Sequence record: SRR2962707_1778
Length of the DNA: 56,268 nt
Direction: 5' to 3' (one strand)
The notes beneath the pieces are model-generated. The model had not been told where the DNA came from, searched no databases, and saw nothing but the letters and a program-made list of their open reading frames with translations. Position numbers and translations under genes: made by a program. Shown one piece after another: positions 36,932-49,683 of this stretch. Within the stretch, counting starts at the first letter, position 1. Each line of letters opens with the position of its first letter.

Positions 36932-39181
36932 ATGGTAACAGTCAGAAAAGACCACCCGATTTCAGGGGATGGTACGGTTGATATAGACCGTTGGATGGAG
37001 CAATTTGCTGATAAAGTAGACGAAGGCGCAAGAGTGCCTTTGCGAATGGCTTGTGAGCTTGCACGTCAGGCAGAACTCCAATCACCTCGACATTCTTATT
37101 GGGGCCCGCAAGCGAGTACATTCCGCGCAGGCCTTGAAATGGTTGAAATTCTATCCGGTTTTCGAGCCGATCAGGATTCGTTATTAGCCGCCGCTTTATA
37201 CCGTGCGGTACGCGAAGATCAATTGCCACTTTCTCGTGTGGTCGATATGTTCGGCCGTAAAGTAGCCTCGCTTATTGAAGGGGTTATTCGCATGGGGGAG
37301 GTTTCCAAGAACCTTACCGCAGACACCGCGGCCGAAGTCTTGGGCAGCAGTGAAAATCAATTAGAGTCACTGCGTAAAATGCTGGTGTCCATCATCGATG
37401 ATGTGCGTGTGGTGTTGATTAAGCTTGCCGAACGAGCTTGTGCCATCAAAGAAGCCAAGCACCAAGATGAAGCAAGACGTGTGGCTGTTGCGCTAGAAGT
37501 GCAGAGTGTTTATGCCCCGCTTGCCCATCGCCTTGGTATCGGTCATATCAAATGGGAGCTGGAAGATCTTTCTTTTCGCTACCTTTATCCTTCTGATTAC
37601 AAACGCATAGCCACCTGGTTGGACGAAAAGCGTTTAGATCGTCAGCAGTATATTGAAGACGTTATTAATATACTCAGAGAACGCCTTGTTAACATCAATA
37701 TCCATGCGGATCTGATGGGGCGAGCTAAGCATATTTACAGTATTTGGCGCAAAATGAAGCGCAAAAACATTGGCTTTGACGAAGTCTATGACGTACGCGC
37801 TGTGCGTATTTTGGTTGATGAAACCATGGAATGTTACGGCGTGTTAGGCGTGGTCCATAATTTATGGCGACCCATTCCTCAAGAGTTCGATGATTACATT
37901 AGTAATCCAAAAACCAATGGCTATCAGTCTTTGCATACCGCGGTGATTGGTCCTCAAGGTCGGGCGCTTGAAATACAAATCCGTACTCATAAGATGCATG
38001 AAGATGCGGAGTTGGGTGTGTGTGCCCATTGGAAATACAAGGGGACAGACCTGAGTTCGAACAGCACCAGCTATGAAGAGAAGCTGCAATGGCTACGAAC
38101 TATTTTGGATTTCCATGAAGTACAGGGCGATTTAGAGTCTCTGTCTGAGCAGGTGCGTAGCGACATTGAGCAAGACCGCATCTATGTCTTCACGCCAGAT
38201 GGGCATGTTGTGGATCTGCCTGTGAACGCCACGCCGATAGATTTTGCTTACCGTGTGCACACAGAAATTGGCCACCGCTGTCGTGGTGCCAAGGTGAACG
38301 GCAGAATTATTTCTTTGGTGACGCATTTAAAAACCGGTGACAAGGTGGAGATTCTTACCTCGAAAGAGGGAACGCCAAGCCGTGACTGGTTGCATCCTAC
38401 TTTTGGTTATGTGCAAACCAACCGTGCGCGCGCCAAAATTCAAAACTGGTTTAGAAAAGAAGACAGAGAGAAAAACTTAGACGCGGGTAAGAGTTTGCTG
38501 GATAAGCAGCTTAAGCGTTTAGGTGTGGAAGACAGTAAGGTTGACTTGCTGAAGCTCGCGGAAAAATTCAATTTCTCAAGCGCTGAAGACATTTATGTGG
38601 CGCTCGGTGCTGGGGATATTCAACTCTCTCGAGTGCTTCATGCGATTGATGATTTGTACGGTTTGGATGGTCAAACTCCAACGGTACGACCGATCAGGCT
38701 AAAAAAGAGTCGTCATAAGTCTTCTGATAATGATGTGCACATATTGGGAGTCGGTAAGTTATTGACCCAAATGGCGAAATGTTGCTCGCCTATACCTGGC
38801 GACAGCATTGTTGGCTACATCACTCAGGGTCGAGGTGTCTCGATTCATAAGGAAGACTGCATCAATGTCGTGCAAATGAGTCTGGATGAACCTGAGCGTA
38901 TGGTGGAAGTGAACTGGGGGGAAGAGGTCGATAACCTTTACCCTGTTAATATCCAAGTCGAGGCATATGATCGCACTGGATTACTCAATGACATCACCAG
39001 TTTGTTGGCGAATGAAAAAGTGAATTTGCTATCCATGAATACCTTGTCAGCGCAAGACAGCCATACCGCTACGATTCGCTTTACGATCGAAGTTGGGGAG
39101 CTGGGCGTGCTGAGTAAGTTGTTGCATCGCATTGATCAATTGCCAAATGTATTGAATGTATTTAGAGAAAAAGACTTTTGA
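36932..39181 (+). CDS. relA: (p)ppGpp synthetase RelA
   Basis: Degenerate hydrolase domain, GRAKHIYSIWRKM, EFDD, NGYQSLHT, TGS, CC and ACT domains. Confidence 0.97.
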   Translation: MVTVRKDHPISGDGTVDIDRWMEQFADKVDEGARVPLRMACELARQAELQSPRHSYWGPQASTFRAGLEMVEILSGFRADQDSLLAAALYRAVREDQLPLSRVVDMFGRKVASLIEGVIRMGEVSKNLTADTAAEVLGSSENQLESLRKMLVSIIDDVRVVLIKLAERACAIKEAKHQDEARRVAVALEVQSVYAPLAHRLGIGHIKWELEDLSFRYLYPSDYKRIATWLDEKRLDRQQYIEDVINILRERLVNINIHADLMGRAKHIYSIWRKMKRKNIGFDEVYDVRAVRILVDETMECYGVLGVVHNLWRPIPQEFDDYISNPKTNGYQSLHTAVIGPQGRALEIQIRTHKMHEDAELGVCAHWKYKGTDLSSNSTSYEEKLQWLRTILDFHEVQGDLESLSEQVRSDIEQDRIYVFTPDGHVVDLPVNATPIDFAYRVHTEIGHRCRGAKVNGRIISLVTHLKTGDKVEILTSKEGTPSRDWLHPTFGYVQTNRARAKIQNWFRKEDREKNLDAGKSLLDKQLKRLGVEDSKVDLLKLAEKFNFSSAEDIYVALGAGDIQLSRVLHAIDDLYGLDGQTPTVRPIRLKKSRHKSSDNDVHILGVGKLLTQMAKCCSPIPGDSIVGYITQGRGVSIHKEDCINVVQMSLDEPERMVEVNWGEEVDNLYPVNIQVEAYDRTGLLNDITSLLANEKVNLLSMNTLSAQDSHTATIRFTIEVGELGVLSKLLHRIDQLPNVLNVFREKDF

Positions 39182-39984
39182 ACCCGCCTATCAATGAGTT
39201 GTTAACTTTGATGGCCTGTCTTAGGGATAAGCAAAATGGTTGTCCTTGGGATCAACAGCAAAGCTTCAAATCGATTGCACCATACACCTTAGAAGAAACC
39301 TATGAGGTGTTGGATGCCATCGAGCGTGAAGATCATGAGCACTTAAAAGAAGAGCTTGGGGATCTGCTGTTTCAGGTTGTATTTTATGCGCAAATAGGAA
39401 AAGAAGAGGGGCGTTTTGATTTTGACGATATTGTGTCAGGTATCGTTGAGAAAATGTTACGTCGGCATCCTCATGTTTTCCCTAGTGGCAAGTTAGACAG
39501 CTTTGGTAGCGGGACAAGTGTTGATCAAGAGAGTCTGTCTGAACAATGGCAAACGATTAAAGCACAAGAAAAAAGCGCGCTGAAAAAACACAGCCTATTA
39601 GATGATGTGCCGGTTTCGATGCCGGCTCTTATGCAGGCGGCTAAGTTGCAGAAAAAAGCCTCAAAAGTGGGCTTTGATTGGGATGACACTGCGCCCGTAT
39701 TCAATAAGATTCGTGAAGAGCTGGACGAGCTAGAAGCCGCGATGAAGGGCATGGAACAAGATCATATTGAAGCGGAAATGGGAGACATATTGTTTGCCAT
39801 GAGCAATTTGGCGCGACATGTTAAGGTGTCTCCAGACGTGGCGCTGAATCGAACGAATGTGAAATTTCGTCGTCGCTTTAGCAGAATAGAAAGTTTGCTT
39901 TCAGAACAAAACAAAGAGATAACTCATTGTTCCTTAGAAGAATTAGATCAATATTGGGAGCAAGCAAAACGAGAAGGTTTATAA
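39178..39984 (+). CDS. mazG: Nucleoside triphosphate pyrophosphohydrolase
   Basis: GCPWD, EETYEV, EELGDLLFQ, second domain EMGDILF. Confidence 0.96.
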   Translation: MNPPINELLTLMACLRDKQNGCPWDQQQSFKSIAPYTLEETYEVLDAIEREDHEHLKEELGDLLFQVVFYAQIGKEEGRFDFDDIVSGIVEKMLRRHPHVFPSGKLDSFGSGTSVDQESLSEQWQTIKAQEKSALKKHSLLDDVPVSMPALMQAAKLQKKASKVGFDWDDTAPVFNKIREELDELEAAMKGMEQDHIEAEMGDILFAMSNLARHVKVSPDVALNRTNVKFRRRFSRIESLLSEQNKEITHCSLEELDQYWEQAKREGL

Positions 39985-40042
39985 TAAACGCGGTTAACAA
40001 ATTATAATAATTAGAGACGTTTTTTAGCGGAAGGAGGGTGAA

Positions 40043-42673
40043 GTGAGTGATAATCAGGCATCGTTGCGAGAAAATGTCCGACTACTAGGAGATTGCCTTG
40101 GGGAAACCATGAGCAACCACCTTGGGAGCACGTTTTTAGACACGGTTGAAAACATTCGATTGTTGTCAAAAGAAGGGCGTCAGACTGGAGACCCAGCGGC
40201 GTTAATCGAAGCGCTTGAAGCATTGGATGACAAAGATATTGTTCCCGTTGCTCGTGCTTTTAATCAATTTTTAAACTTGTCGAATATTGCAGAGCAATAC
40301 CATCGAGTTCACCGTCGTCGCACGAATGAAAGCTTGGGGGTATATCACAATCCTGTCGGTGATCTTCTTTCTCGCCTTGCGGCCAAAAATGTGTCAGCTG
40401 ATCAAATGCTGGCGTCGCTGCAAGAGCAATCCATTGAGTTGGTATTAACCGCCCACCCAACGGAAGTAGTACGTCGTTCATTGATTCGAAAATACGACAA
40501 TATTTCTACCGAATTAGAAGCGCTTGATAAAGACAATATTCTTCCGTTAGAAGAAACCAAACACATTCGTCGCCTGAAAGAGATTATCACTCAGGCGTGG
40601 CATACAGACGAAATTCGTGAAGACAGACCGACACCGGTAGATGAAGCCAAGTGGGGCTTTGCGGTGATAGAGCAGTCTTTATGGCAGGCGATACCTCGTT
40701 TTTTTAGACAATTAGACGCTCAGTTAAGTGAGCACTCTAATGGCAAGCAACTGCCTCTTGATCTGGCGCCGATTCGTTTTGCGACCTGGATGGGTGGGGA
40801 TCGAGATGGTAACCCTAATGTGACGCATAAGGTCACTGAAGAAGTGACCTTATTGGCTCGCTGGATGGCAGCGGACCTTTATATTAAAGACTTAAATGTG
40901 TTGCGTTCAGAGTTTTCGATGACGCAATGCAATGCGGAATTACGCGCGCGAGTAGGTGATAGTGCGCAGCCTTATCGTGATATTTTGCGCCATCTAGAAA
41001 GTAAAATAGTCGCGACCAAAAATTGGGCCAAAGCACGCCTAGATGGTAAGCCTGCATCAGATGACGGCATTATGCTCAACAGTAAAGAGCTCTATGATGA
41101 CTTGGTGTTGTGCTATCAGTCATTGATAGATTGTGGCATGAAGGTGATTGCTAATGGCTCTTTGCTTGATTTGATTCGCTGTGCAGCCACTTTTGGTATG
41201 ACTCTAGTGCGTTTGGATGTGCGCCAAGACGCTTCTCGTCATATAGAGGCGTTGTCGGCGATTACTCGTTTTTACGGTCTAGGGGATTATGCTGAATGGG
41301 ATGAAGCGTCTCGACAGGCTTTCTTATTGACCGAATTAAACTCTAAGCGCCCTTTGTTGCCTTCAGATTGGACACCGACCGCGGATGTTAAAGAAGTACT
41401 TGATACTTTTTCGATGATAGCGAAAGGTGAAGCGAACTCGTTTGGCTCTTATGTTATTTCTATGGCGAGTGCACCATCGGATGTGCTGGCTGTTGCCTTG
41501 TTGCTGAAAGAGTCTGGTGTGACATTTGCGATGCGCATCGTGCCTTTGTTTGAAACATTGGCAGATCTTGATAACGCCGAACCTATTATTGAACAGCTGT
41601 TTTCTCTGCCTTGGTACAAGGCCTATATCGACGGTCGCCAAGAAGTGATGATCGGGTATTCCGACTCCGCCAAAGACGCCGGACAAATTGCGGCGACATG
41701 GGGGCAATACCGAGCGCAAGAAGCGCTGACCCGCTTGTGTAAAAAGCACGGCGTTCATTTGACCTTATTCCATGGTCGCGGTGGCACCGTAGGTCGTGGT
41801 GGCGGTCCTGCTCATGTGGCTATCTTGTCGCAGCCTCCAGGGTCAGTAAATGGTTCGATTCGAGTGACAGAGCAAGGGGAGATGATACGTTTCAAATTCG
41901 GCATTCCTGACATTGCGGTGCGTTCCCTTGAATTGTATTGCTCAGCGGTCATGGAAGCGACGCTGATGCCAACCACTGAGCCAAAAGAAGAGTGGCGTGC
42001 CATTATGGACGAAATGGCAGAAGTGGGGATGAATCAATATCGCTCTATAGTGCTCGGTCATGAAGATTTTGTGCCTTACTTTAGAGCAACAACACCAGAG
42101 CAAGAGCTGGCTAAATTGCCATTAGGGTCAAGACCTGCTCGTAGACGCTCTGATGGCGGTGTAGAAAGTCTAAGGGCCATTCCTTGGATCTTTGCTTGGA
42201 TGCAAATTCGCTTGATGTTGCCAGCTTGGTTGGGAGCAGAAAGTGCATTGGAGCAAGCGATTGAGTCAGGCAATCTTGATAAACTGCGAGAGATGCATAA
42301 AAAATGGCCTTTCTTCGGGGCTTATCTGGATATGTTGGACATGGTGCTGGCGAAAGCAGAGCCTGAAATTTCTGAATATTATGAAAAGCGTTTGGTCAGT
42401 GAAGAGTTGCAAGGCTTAGGTCGATTGCTGCGTAATAAATTGGCGCAAGTGAGTCGTTTGGTGAAAGAACTTAAGCAGCAAGATCGCTTAATTGAAGACA
42501 ATAAAACGATTCGACAATCGATTGATGTGCGTAACCCATACATAGATCCACTGCATTATTTGCAGGCTGAATTATTGCACCGCAGCCGTAAAAGTGCTGA
42601 AAATCCAGAGGTGAATAAAGCCCTGATGATTACCATGGCGGGGATCGCGAGTGGCATGCAAAACACGGGTTAA
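40043..42673 (+). CDS. ppc: Phosphoenolpyruvate carboxylase
   Basis: VLTAHPTE, WMGGDRDGNP, GYSDSAKD, FHGRGGTVGRGG, LRAIPW, C-terminal NTG. Confidence 0.98.
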   Translation: MSDNQASLRENVRLLGDCLGETMSNHLGSTFLDTVENIRLLSKEGRQTGDPAALIEALEALDDKDIVPVARAFNQFLNLSNIAEQYHRVHRRRTNESLGVYHNPVGDLLSRLAAKNVSADQMLASLQEQSIELVLTAHPTEVVRRSLIRKYDNISTELEALDKDNILPLEETKHIRRLKEIITQAWHTDEIREDRPTPVDEAKWGFAVIEQSLWQAIPRFFRQLDAQLSEHSNGKQLPLDLAPIRFATWMGGDRDGNPNVTHKVTEEVTLLARWMAADLYIKDLNVLRSEFSMTQCNAELRARVGDSAQPYRDILRHLESKIVATKNWAKARLDGKPASDDGIMLNSKELYDDLVLCYQSLIDCGMKVIANGSLLDLIRCAATFGMTLVRLDVRQDASRHIEALSAITRFYGLGDYAEWDEASRQAFLLTELNSKRPLLPSDWTPTADVKEVLDTFSMIAKGEANSFGSYVISMASAPSDVLAVALLLKESGVTFAMRIVPLFETLADLDNAEPIIEQLFSLPWYKAYIDGRQEVMIGYSDSAKDAGQIAATWGQYRAQEALTRLCKKHGVHLTLFHGRGGTVGRGGGPAHVAILSQPPGSVNGSIRVTEQGEMIRFKFGIPDIAVRSLELYCSAVMEATLMPTTEPKEEWRAIMDEMAEVGMNQYRSIVLGHEDFVPYFRATTPEQELAKLPLGSRPARRRSDGGVESLRAIPWIFAWMQIRLMLPAWLGAESALEQAIESGNLDKLREMHKKWPFFGAYLDMLDMVLAKAEPEISEYYEKRLVSEELQGLGRLLRNKLAQVSRLVKELKQQDRLIEDNKTIRQSIDVRNPYIDPLHYLQAELLHRSRKSAENPEVNKALMITMAGIASGMQNTG

Positions 42674-42736
42674 ATCAAAAAACGGTTAAATAATGAACGA
42701 AAAAGGCGCGGAAATAGCGAAAATAAGACAGTAAAT

Positions 42737-42766
42737 TTGCATCTTAAAGGCTTGCTTGGGTATGCT
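42737..42766 (+). promoter_or_regulatory. Sigma70-like promoter of adk
   Basis: TTGCAT-N18-TATGCT. Confidence 0.5.
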
Positions 42767-42845
42767 TGGCAGCCATTCAATTTTTATTTTGCAAGTTGTC
42801 TGCCTTTACGCTGTGTTTTCGCGCCTTTTCTGCGTGTGTTTTTAG

Positions 42846-43556
<711 letters not shown>

Positions 43557-43562
43557 TTTTTA

Positions 43563-44270
43563 ATGACTGCGATTTTAGCTTTAGATACATCAACGCCAGC
43601 TTGTTCGGTTGCGTTGAATATTGATGGTGTGGTGCTGGAAGATTTTCGTATGGCACCGCGTCAGCATAATGATTTGATTCTGCCGATGGTGGAGCAAATA
43701 CTGCAACAATCCGGATTGGTCTTGTCTGATCTGGATGCGATCGCTTTTGGTCGTGGTCCAGGCTCTTTTACTGGGCTAAGAATCAGCGCGGGTGTCGTTC
43801 AGGGGTTGGCGTATGGCGCAGACCTACCGGTTATTCCTGTGTCCACCTTGGCAGCGCAAGCGCTAGAAGGGTTTCAAAAAACGGGGAAACATCATTGGTT
43901 GTCAGCCTTAGACGCCCGAATGGGTGAAATCTATGTGGCTGGTTATCATGTGAATAAAGTCGAAGGGCATCATCTTGTTGAATGTCTTTTCGATGAGCGT
44001 GTCGCAAAACCGGATACACTGATGAAGTTTGATGAGTGTTATCAAGGCGTTGGTTCTGGCTGGCTTTATGACGAGATGCTATCCGCTTTGTTGCCTCAAA
44101 AGCCTGAGCATATCTTGCTTGATGTTGCGCCGCGGGCTGCTTGCATTGCGCAATTGGCTCAGGAATTGTTTTCTCAAGGAAAGACTGTGTCCGCGTACGA
44201 TGCGATGCCGACTTACTTAAGAGATGAAATCACCTGGGAAAAACAGGCGCCTAAAGTCGGCAAAAGATAA
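43563..44270 (+). CDS. tsaB: tRNA t6A biosynthesis protein TsaB
   Basis: LALDTST, GRGPGSFTGLRI, DARMGEIY, PTYLR. Confidence 0.96.
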   Translation: MTAILALDTSTPACSVALNIDGVVLEDFRMAPRQHNDLILPMVEQILQQSGLVLSDLDAIAFGRGPGSFTGLRISAGVVQGLAYGADLPVIPVSTLAAQALEGFQKTGKHHWLSALDARMGEIYVAGYHVNKVEGHHLVECLFDERVAKPDTLMKFDECYQGVGSGWLYDEMLSALLPQKPEHILLDVAPRAACIAQLAQELFSQGKTVSAYDAMPTYLRDEITWEKQAPKVGKR

Positions 44271-44284
44271 CGATAATAGGCCAT

Positions 44285-44322
44285 AAGAGAGTCGCTTTAC
44301 TGTTCAGTTAGCGTCTCTTTTT
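44285..44322 (+). terminator. Probable terminator after adk-tsaB
   Basis: AAGAGA..CGCT...AGCGTCTCTT followed by a T-rich tract. Confidence 0.55.
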
Positions 44323-44421
44323 CGCCTTTTATTGCTCGCCTTTCACCGCTTCCTCTTGTATTGTTTTTCTGTTTACTTTGTTTAACTCGCCTCATTTATA
44401 CCCTTACTGGAACGAACGCCC

Positions 44422-45213
44422 TTGTTAAGCTCTCTTGCTGTTGCCTCTGATAACCCTCTTCATGATCTCGAAGCCAAAGCCTTGGCGGATGCTTTATCCC
44501 TGCCTTACTTTCCATTGCAAGTGGCGCTTAAGTTTGTGGTGGAGTTTGATTATTTACTGCTTAAAAGCGAACAAGGCTTGGCGCTTGCTAAAACGGGTAA
44601 AGGGGCGCCAAAACCTGTGTTTGTTGATTTTACCGCTGGCGCGGTGGATCACCGTAGACGCTTTGGTGGTGGCAAAGGGCAAGACATTGCCAAGGCAGTA
44701 GGCTTAAACAAACGCGCTCATTTGTCTGTGTTGGACGCCACCGCAGGGCTGGGTCGAGATGCCTTTGTGCTGGCGAGTCTGGGTTGTCACGTGTCTTTGT
44801 GTGAGCGTGTAGGCTTTGTCAGAGCCTTGTTGGAAAATGGCTTGTCGCGTGCTTTGTTGCACCCTGAGGTCACGACTATTGCATCACGCATGCCTTTGCT
44901 GGCTGGAGAGATTGGCGAGCTGCTTGATCAGCGCTTTGATGTGGTTTTTCTCGATCCTATGTATCCCCATACGGAAAAGTCTTCTGCAGCGGCAAAAAAA
45001 GAAATGGCGTTTTTTCGGGATTTAGTCGGTAAAGATGAAGATGCGGATCTTTTATTGCCAAAGGCGCTAGAAATAGCAAACTACCGAGTCGTCGTAAAAC
45101 GCCCCAAAGGTGCGCCTTATTTAAATAACGTGGAACCAAGCTATCAGTTGGGTGGTAAAGCGGGCCGTTTTGATATTTATGTCCTTAAATCATTAGACAT
45201 AAATGAGCAGTAA
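44422..45213 (+). CDS. rsmJ: 16S rRNA m2G1516 methyltransferase
   Basis: [38 protein letters not shown]. Confidence 0.93.
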   Translation: MLSSLAVASDNPLHDLEAKALADALSLPYFPLQVALKFVVEFDYLLLKSEQGLALAKTGKGAPKPVFVDFTAGAVDHRRRFGGGKGQDIAKAVGLNKRAHLSVLDATAGLGRDAFVLASLGCHVSLCERVGFVRALLENGLSRALLHPEVTTIASRMPLLAGEIGELLDQRFDVVFLDPMYPHTEKSSAAAKKEMAFFRDLVGKDEDADLLLPKALEIANYRVVVKRPKGAPYLNNVEPSYQLGGKAGRFDIYVLKSLDINEQ

Positions 45214-45218
45214 GCTTA

Positions 45219-45440
45219 TTAATAGTGGGGTGGTGTTTCGCCTTCGACAATATTCTGTTGTTGGCGGTTAGCTTCTAATTGTTTTGCCAGCATGACCAGT
45301 TTTTCTTGCATCAGCAGTAAATCTCTTTGTTGCACAATTAGGGACTGATTAAGGCTGTCTATCATGTCTTCTTGGAATTGAAGTTTGTATTCGAGTTCGT
45401 CGATACGACGCTCTGTGTCTAAGGTATTCATTGGTGGCAT
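45219..45440 (-). CDS. slyX: SlyX family protein
   Basis: RIDELEYKLQFQEDMIDSLN coiled coil and C-terminal PPHY; start may be 45431. Confidence 0.92.
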   Translation of the reverse strand: MPPMNTLDTERRIDELEYKLQFQEDMIDSLNQSLIVQQRDLLLMQEKLVMLAKQLEANRQQQNIVEGETPPHY

Positions 45441-45720
45441 CAGTATGTTAACCTTAATATGCTAAGCTCTTAATTTCGGAGCCTTTCTATGTGTTGCATG
45501 CATCTTCTTTGCACATTAGAATAGAAAATGGCGCGGAGTTTGCTTTTAAAGAAGTGGGTTATTTTACTATGATCTTCTTTCGCTTCACACGCTAATTTCG
45601 TAAGAGAGTAGTAAAAACTTTTAACTTTTCACGTTTGTATTAGTTTAACGAGAGAATTTTTACCTAGGTAATTCATCCTTTCGAATCATAAAATATTTTA
45701 ATTTAACAAGAGACACAGTT

Positions 45721-46191
45721 ATGAATGATCATCAGGATAATGTTACGAGTCACAAAGGATCTTCTGTTGGTTCCGCCTTATTTTCAGTGCGTGCGTTTGT
45801 TGCCAGTCTAGTTATTGCTTTAGTTGTTCCTTTGTTAATTGCCGCAGTATTAGGCGATCAAATTGGGACAAACTATTTGGTTTATTTTGGGTTTATTTTA
45901 GTGTCTGTTTATGTCGGTGCTATGGTGGGTCAAGAAAGTGGCTCAAGTGCGAACTCCCAATCTGAAGAAGATGAGGATGACGATCGTGAGCAAGGCACGG
46001 TAAAATGGTTTAACTCTTCAAAAGGTTTTGGTTTCTTAACAATGGAAAATGGTGACGACGTATTTGTTCATTACCGTGCGATTCGTGGTCGTGGTCGTCG
46101 TTTTCTTGTTGAAGGCCAGCTTGTTCGCTTCTATGTAACAGAAGGCGAAAAGGGTAAGCAGGCTGAGAACGTTTCTATTGTTCGTGGCTAG
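45721..46191 (+). CDS. Membrane-anchored cold-shock-domain protein
   Basis: Two N-terminal hydrophobic helices, acidic linker, CSD with GTVKWFN, KGFGF, DVFVHY. Confidence 0.9.
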   Translation: MNDHQDNVTSHKGSSVGSALFSVRAFVASLVIALVVPLLIAAVLGDQIGTNYLVYFGFILVSVYVGAMVGQESGSSANSQSEEDEDDDREQGTVKWFNSSKGFGFLTMENGDDVFVHYRAIRGRGRRFLVEGQLVRFYVTEGEKGKQAENVSIVRG

Positions 46192-46222
46192 TACATTCTT
46201 ATAGATAGTTAAGGAAAAGATC

Positions 46223-46720
46223 ATGTCATCAGTAACACTTAAAGGTAATCAAATCGAAACAGTTGGTTCGCTTCCAGCTGTTGGTGCACAAGCGCCAGCG
46301 TTCGAGTTGGTAAAAACGGATTTGTCTGTCGTGTCATTAAGCGATTACCAAGGCGCTAAATTAGTTTTAAATATTTTTCCTTCTATTGATACGCCTACAT
46401 GCGCAACCTCAGTTCGTAAATTTAATGAGTCTGCGGCTTCTTTAAAAGGGGTTAACGTACTGTGTGTTTCTGCGGATCTACCCTTTGCTGCTGCGCGTTT
46501 TTGTGGTGCTGAAGGTATCGATCATGTTGATACTGGTTCAAGCTTCCGTACTTCTTTTGGCGACGATTACGGCTTGACGTTCACCACAGGGCCTCTTGTT
46601 GGTTTGTTGTCTCGTGCCGTGGTTGTACTGGATGAAAACGGTAAAGTTCTGCACACAGAGCAAGTAGCTGAAATTGCGGATGAGCCAAACTACGATGCAG
46701 CCTTGGCTGTTCTAGGTTAA
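46223..46720 (+). CDS. tpx: Thiol peroxidase
   Basis: FPSIDTPTCA, SADLPFA..RFCGAEG, EPNYD. Confidence 0.96.
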   Translation: MSSVTLKGNQIETVGSLPAVGAQAPAFELVKTDLSVVSLSDYQGAKLVLNIFPSIDTPTCATSVRKFNESAASLKGVNVLCVSADLPFAAARFCGAEGIDHVDTGSSFRTSFGDDYGLTFTTGPLVGLLSRAVVVLDENGKVLHTEQVAEIADEPNYDAALAVLG

Positions 46721-46767
46721 TTTAGCTTTGTGTTAGGCCTGCGTTAAGCTGGGCTAAACGGACAAGC

Positions 46768-46803
46768 AAAAAAGCCAGTTAAGCGATGCTTAACTGGCTT
46801 TTT
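46768..46803. terminator. Bidirectional terminator between tpx and panD
   Basis: AAAAAGCCAGTTAAGC-GAT-GCTTAACTGGCTTTTT. Confidence 0.92.
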
Positions 46804-46840
46804 ATTGTCTTGAAGAAAGGCGTTGTGTTGAAAAAAACGC

Positions 46841-47221
46841 TTAGTCTTTTTGAACTGGAATAGTGTTGGTGGTGCGTTCCACTGTGTTGTCTTTGTTTAA
46901 GTAGACCAGTTTTGGCTTGAACTCATCGGCTTCGTTTTCGTCAAATTGTCCATAAGTCGCAATGATAACGCGATCCCCAACTTGAACTTTTCTCGCGGCT
47001 GCGCCGTTCATTGAAATGGTTCCAGATCCCGCTTCTGCAAGGATAACGTAGGTGTGAAAACGCTCACCATTATCAACGTTATAAATGTCTATTTTTTCAA
47101 ATTCGCGAAAGCCAGCTAACTCTACAAGGTCTTTATCAATGGCGCATGAACCGTCATACCAAAGCTCAGCTTGGGATACGCTTGCCATGTGAAGTTTGCC
47201 TTTTAGCAGTGTAATTTGCAT
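46841..47221 (-). CDS. panD: Aspartate 1-decarboxylase
   Basis: KLH, YDGS cleavage site, [16 protein letters not shown]. Confidence 0.95.
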   Translation of the reverse strand: MQITLLKGKLHMASVSQAELWYDGSCAIDKDLVELAGFREFEKIDIYNVDNGERFHTYVILAEAGSGTISMNGAAARKVQVGDRVIIATYGQFDENEADEFKPKLVYLNKDNTVERTTNTIPVQKD

Positions 47222-47267
47222 GAATCTATTCTCTTAATCTTATCTAGGAGTTGTGAGTGGGACGGTG

Positions 47268-47642
47268 TTAGTTCCAAACAAAAGGACCTTCACCGTGGCT
47301 GTTAATCTTCCACCATTGGTCTGGGTCTTGATCACCTTCTTCTTCCCAGCCTTGGTAGTTGCAGCGTACTTCGCACTGTAAGCTGCTGTAGGCGTCTTTA
47401 GCGCAGAGAATGTCGTTTTCCCAAGGGGTGTGGCTAGAGTCAAACCAGATGGAGGTAAAACGTTTTCCTGAAGCTTGCTCTAAAATGGTAACGGGAATGG
47501 TGTTGCCATCCAACTCAAGAATCACTTTGGTGCACAGTGATGATGGGTGAGTCTGTTCGAGCAGGGTGAATTTCTGGCTAAGCCAAGTGACGATATTATC
47601 AGTTGGGCACGACAATACATATATTTCGATGTCAGGTTGCAT
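47268..47642 (-). CDS. Hypothetical protein
   Basis: 124 aa, tightly packed in the operon; QPDIEIY N-terminus, Trp-rich C-terminus. Confidence 0.75.
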   Translation of the reverse strand: MQPDIEIYVLSCPTDNIVTWLSQKFTLLEQTHPSSLCTKVILELDGNTIPVTILEQASGKRFTSIWFDSSHTPWENDILCAKDAYSSLQCEVRCNYQGWEEEGDQDPDQWWKINSHGEGPFVWN

Positions 47643-47645
47643 CGT

Positions 47646-49069
<1,424 letters not shown>

Positions 49070-49142
49070 TTACCTTTGTGTTGGTTTTCACGGCTTTATA
49101 AATTATCCTGTCTAGATTCGGGATGTTTGATAAAGGTGTGTT

Positions 49143-49343
49143 ATGAAGTTAAGTATCGTTGTTGTTTTGGGATTAATGCTGAGTGCCTGTAGTCTATTAG
49201 AGCCACCGGTTGCTCAGGAGAGCTATTTTGTGCCTATCATACAATCCGATGCAACAAATTCAGGCTATAAGCCCAGTGTGACACCGGTTGTTAAAAAGCA
49301 AACAAAAGAAGTGCCACGAGTATACCCTTCACCAGTTAACTGA
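49143..49343 (+). CDS. 66-aa putative lipoprotein, opposite in orientation to the dap genes
   Basis: AAGGTG RBS, MK plus hydrophobic core, lipobox LSAC. Confidence 0.65.
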   Translation: MKLSIVVVLGLMLSACSLLEPPVAQESYFVPIIQSDATNSGYKPSVTPVVKKQTKEVPRVYPSPVN

Positions 49344-49683
49344 GAAATTGGCGCTCATAGTCTTCTGCGTTAAAGCCTAGAATAATAGCATCATCTTTGA
49401 TGATTAGAGGGCGTTTAATAATAGAAGGTTGTGCCATCATAACGGCAAGCGCGTTGCTGTTGTTCATGGTGTCTTTGGTGTTGTCGTCCAATTTTCGCCA
49501 TGTGGTGCCGCGTTTGTTAATGAGCGTCTGCCAGTCTTGCTGGGCCAGCCATTGGGTGGCTAACTCGGCGTCTACGCCGACTTTTTTGTAGTCGAAAAAT
49601 TGATACTCGACATTGTGCTCGTCTAGCCAGCGAAATGCCTTTTTCATGGTGTCGCAGTTTTTAATGCCATAAATGCTAATCAT
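49336..49683 (-). CDS. yffB: ArsC/Spx family protein (YffB-like)
   Basis: YGIKNCDTMKKA, INKRGTTWRKL, PSIIKRP; upstream of dapE; start ATG 49683 after GGAG. Confidence 0.9.
   Translation of the reverse strand: MISIYGIKNCDTMKKAFRWLDEHNVEYQFFDYKKVGVDAELATQWLAQQDWQTLINKRGTTWRKLDDNTKDTMNNSNALAVMMAQPSIIKRPLIIKDDAIILGFNAEDYERQFLS

Noticed and set aside
39178-39984. mazG as part of a toxin-antitoxin or anti-phage module
   Set aside because: Ordinary two-domain MazG in its usual place after relA, with no mazEF
44323-44421. Strongly pyrimidine-rich tract before rsmJ
   Set aside because: No repeat unit, ORF or structure; at most a Rho-loading region, which the sequence alone cannot support
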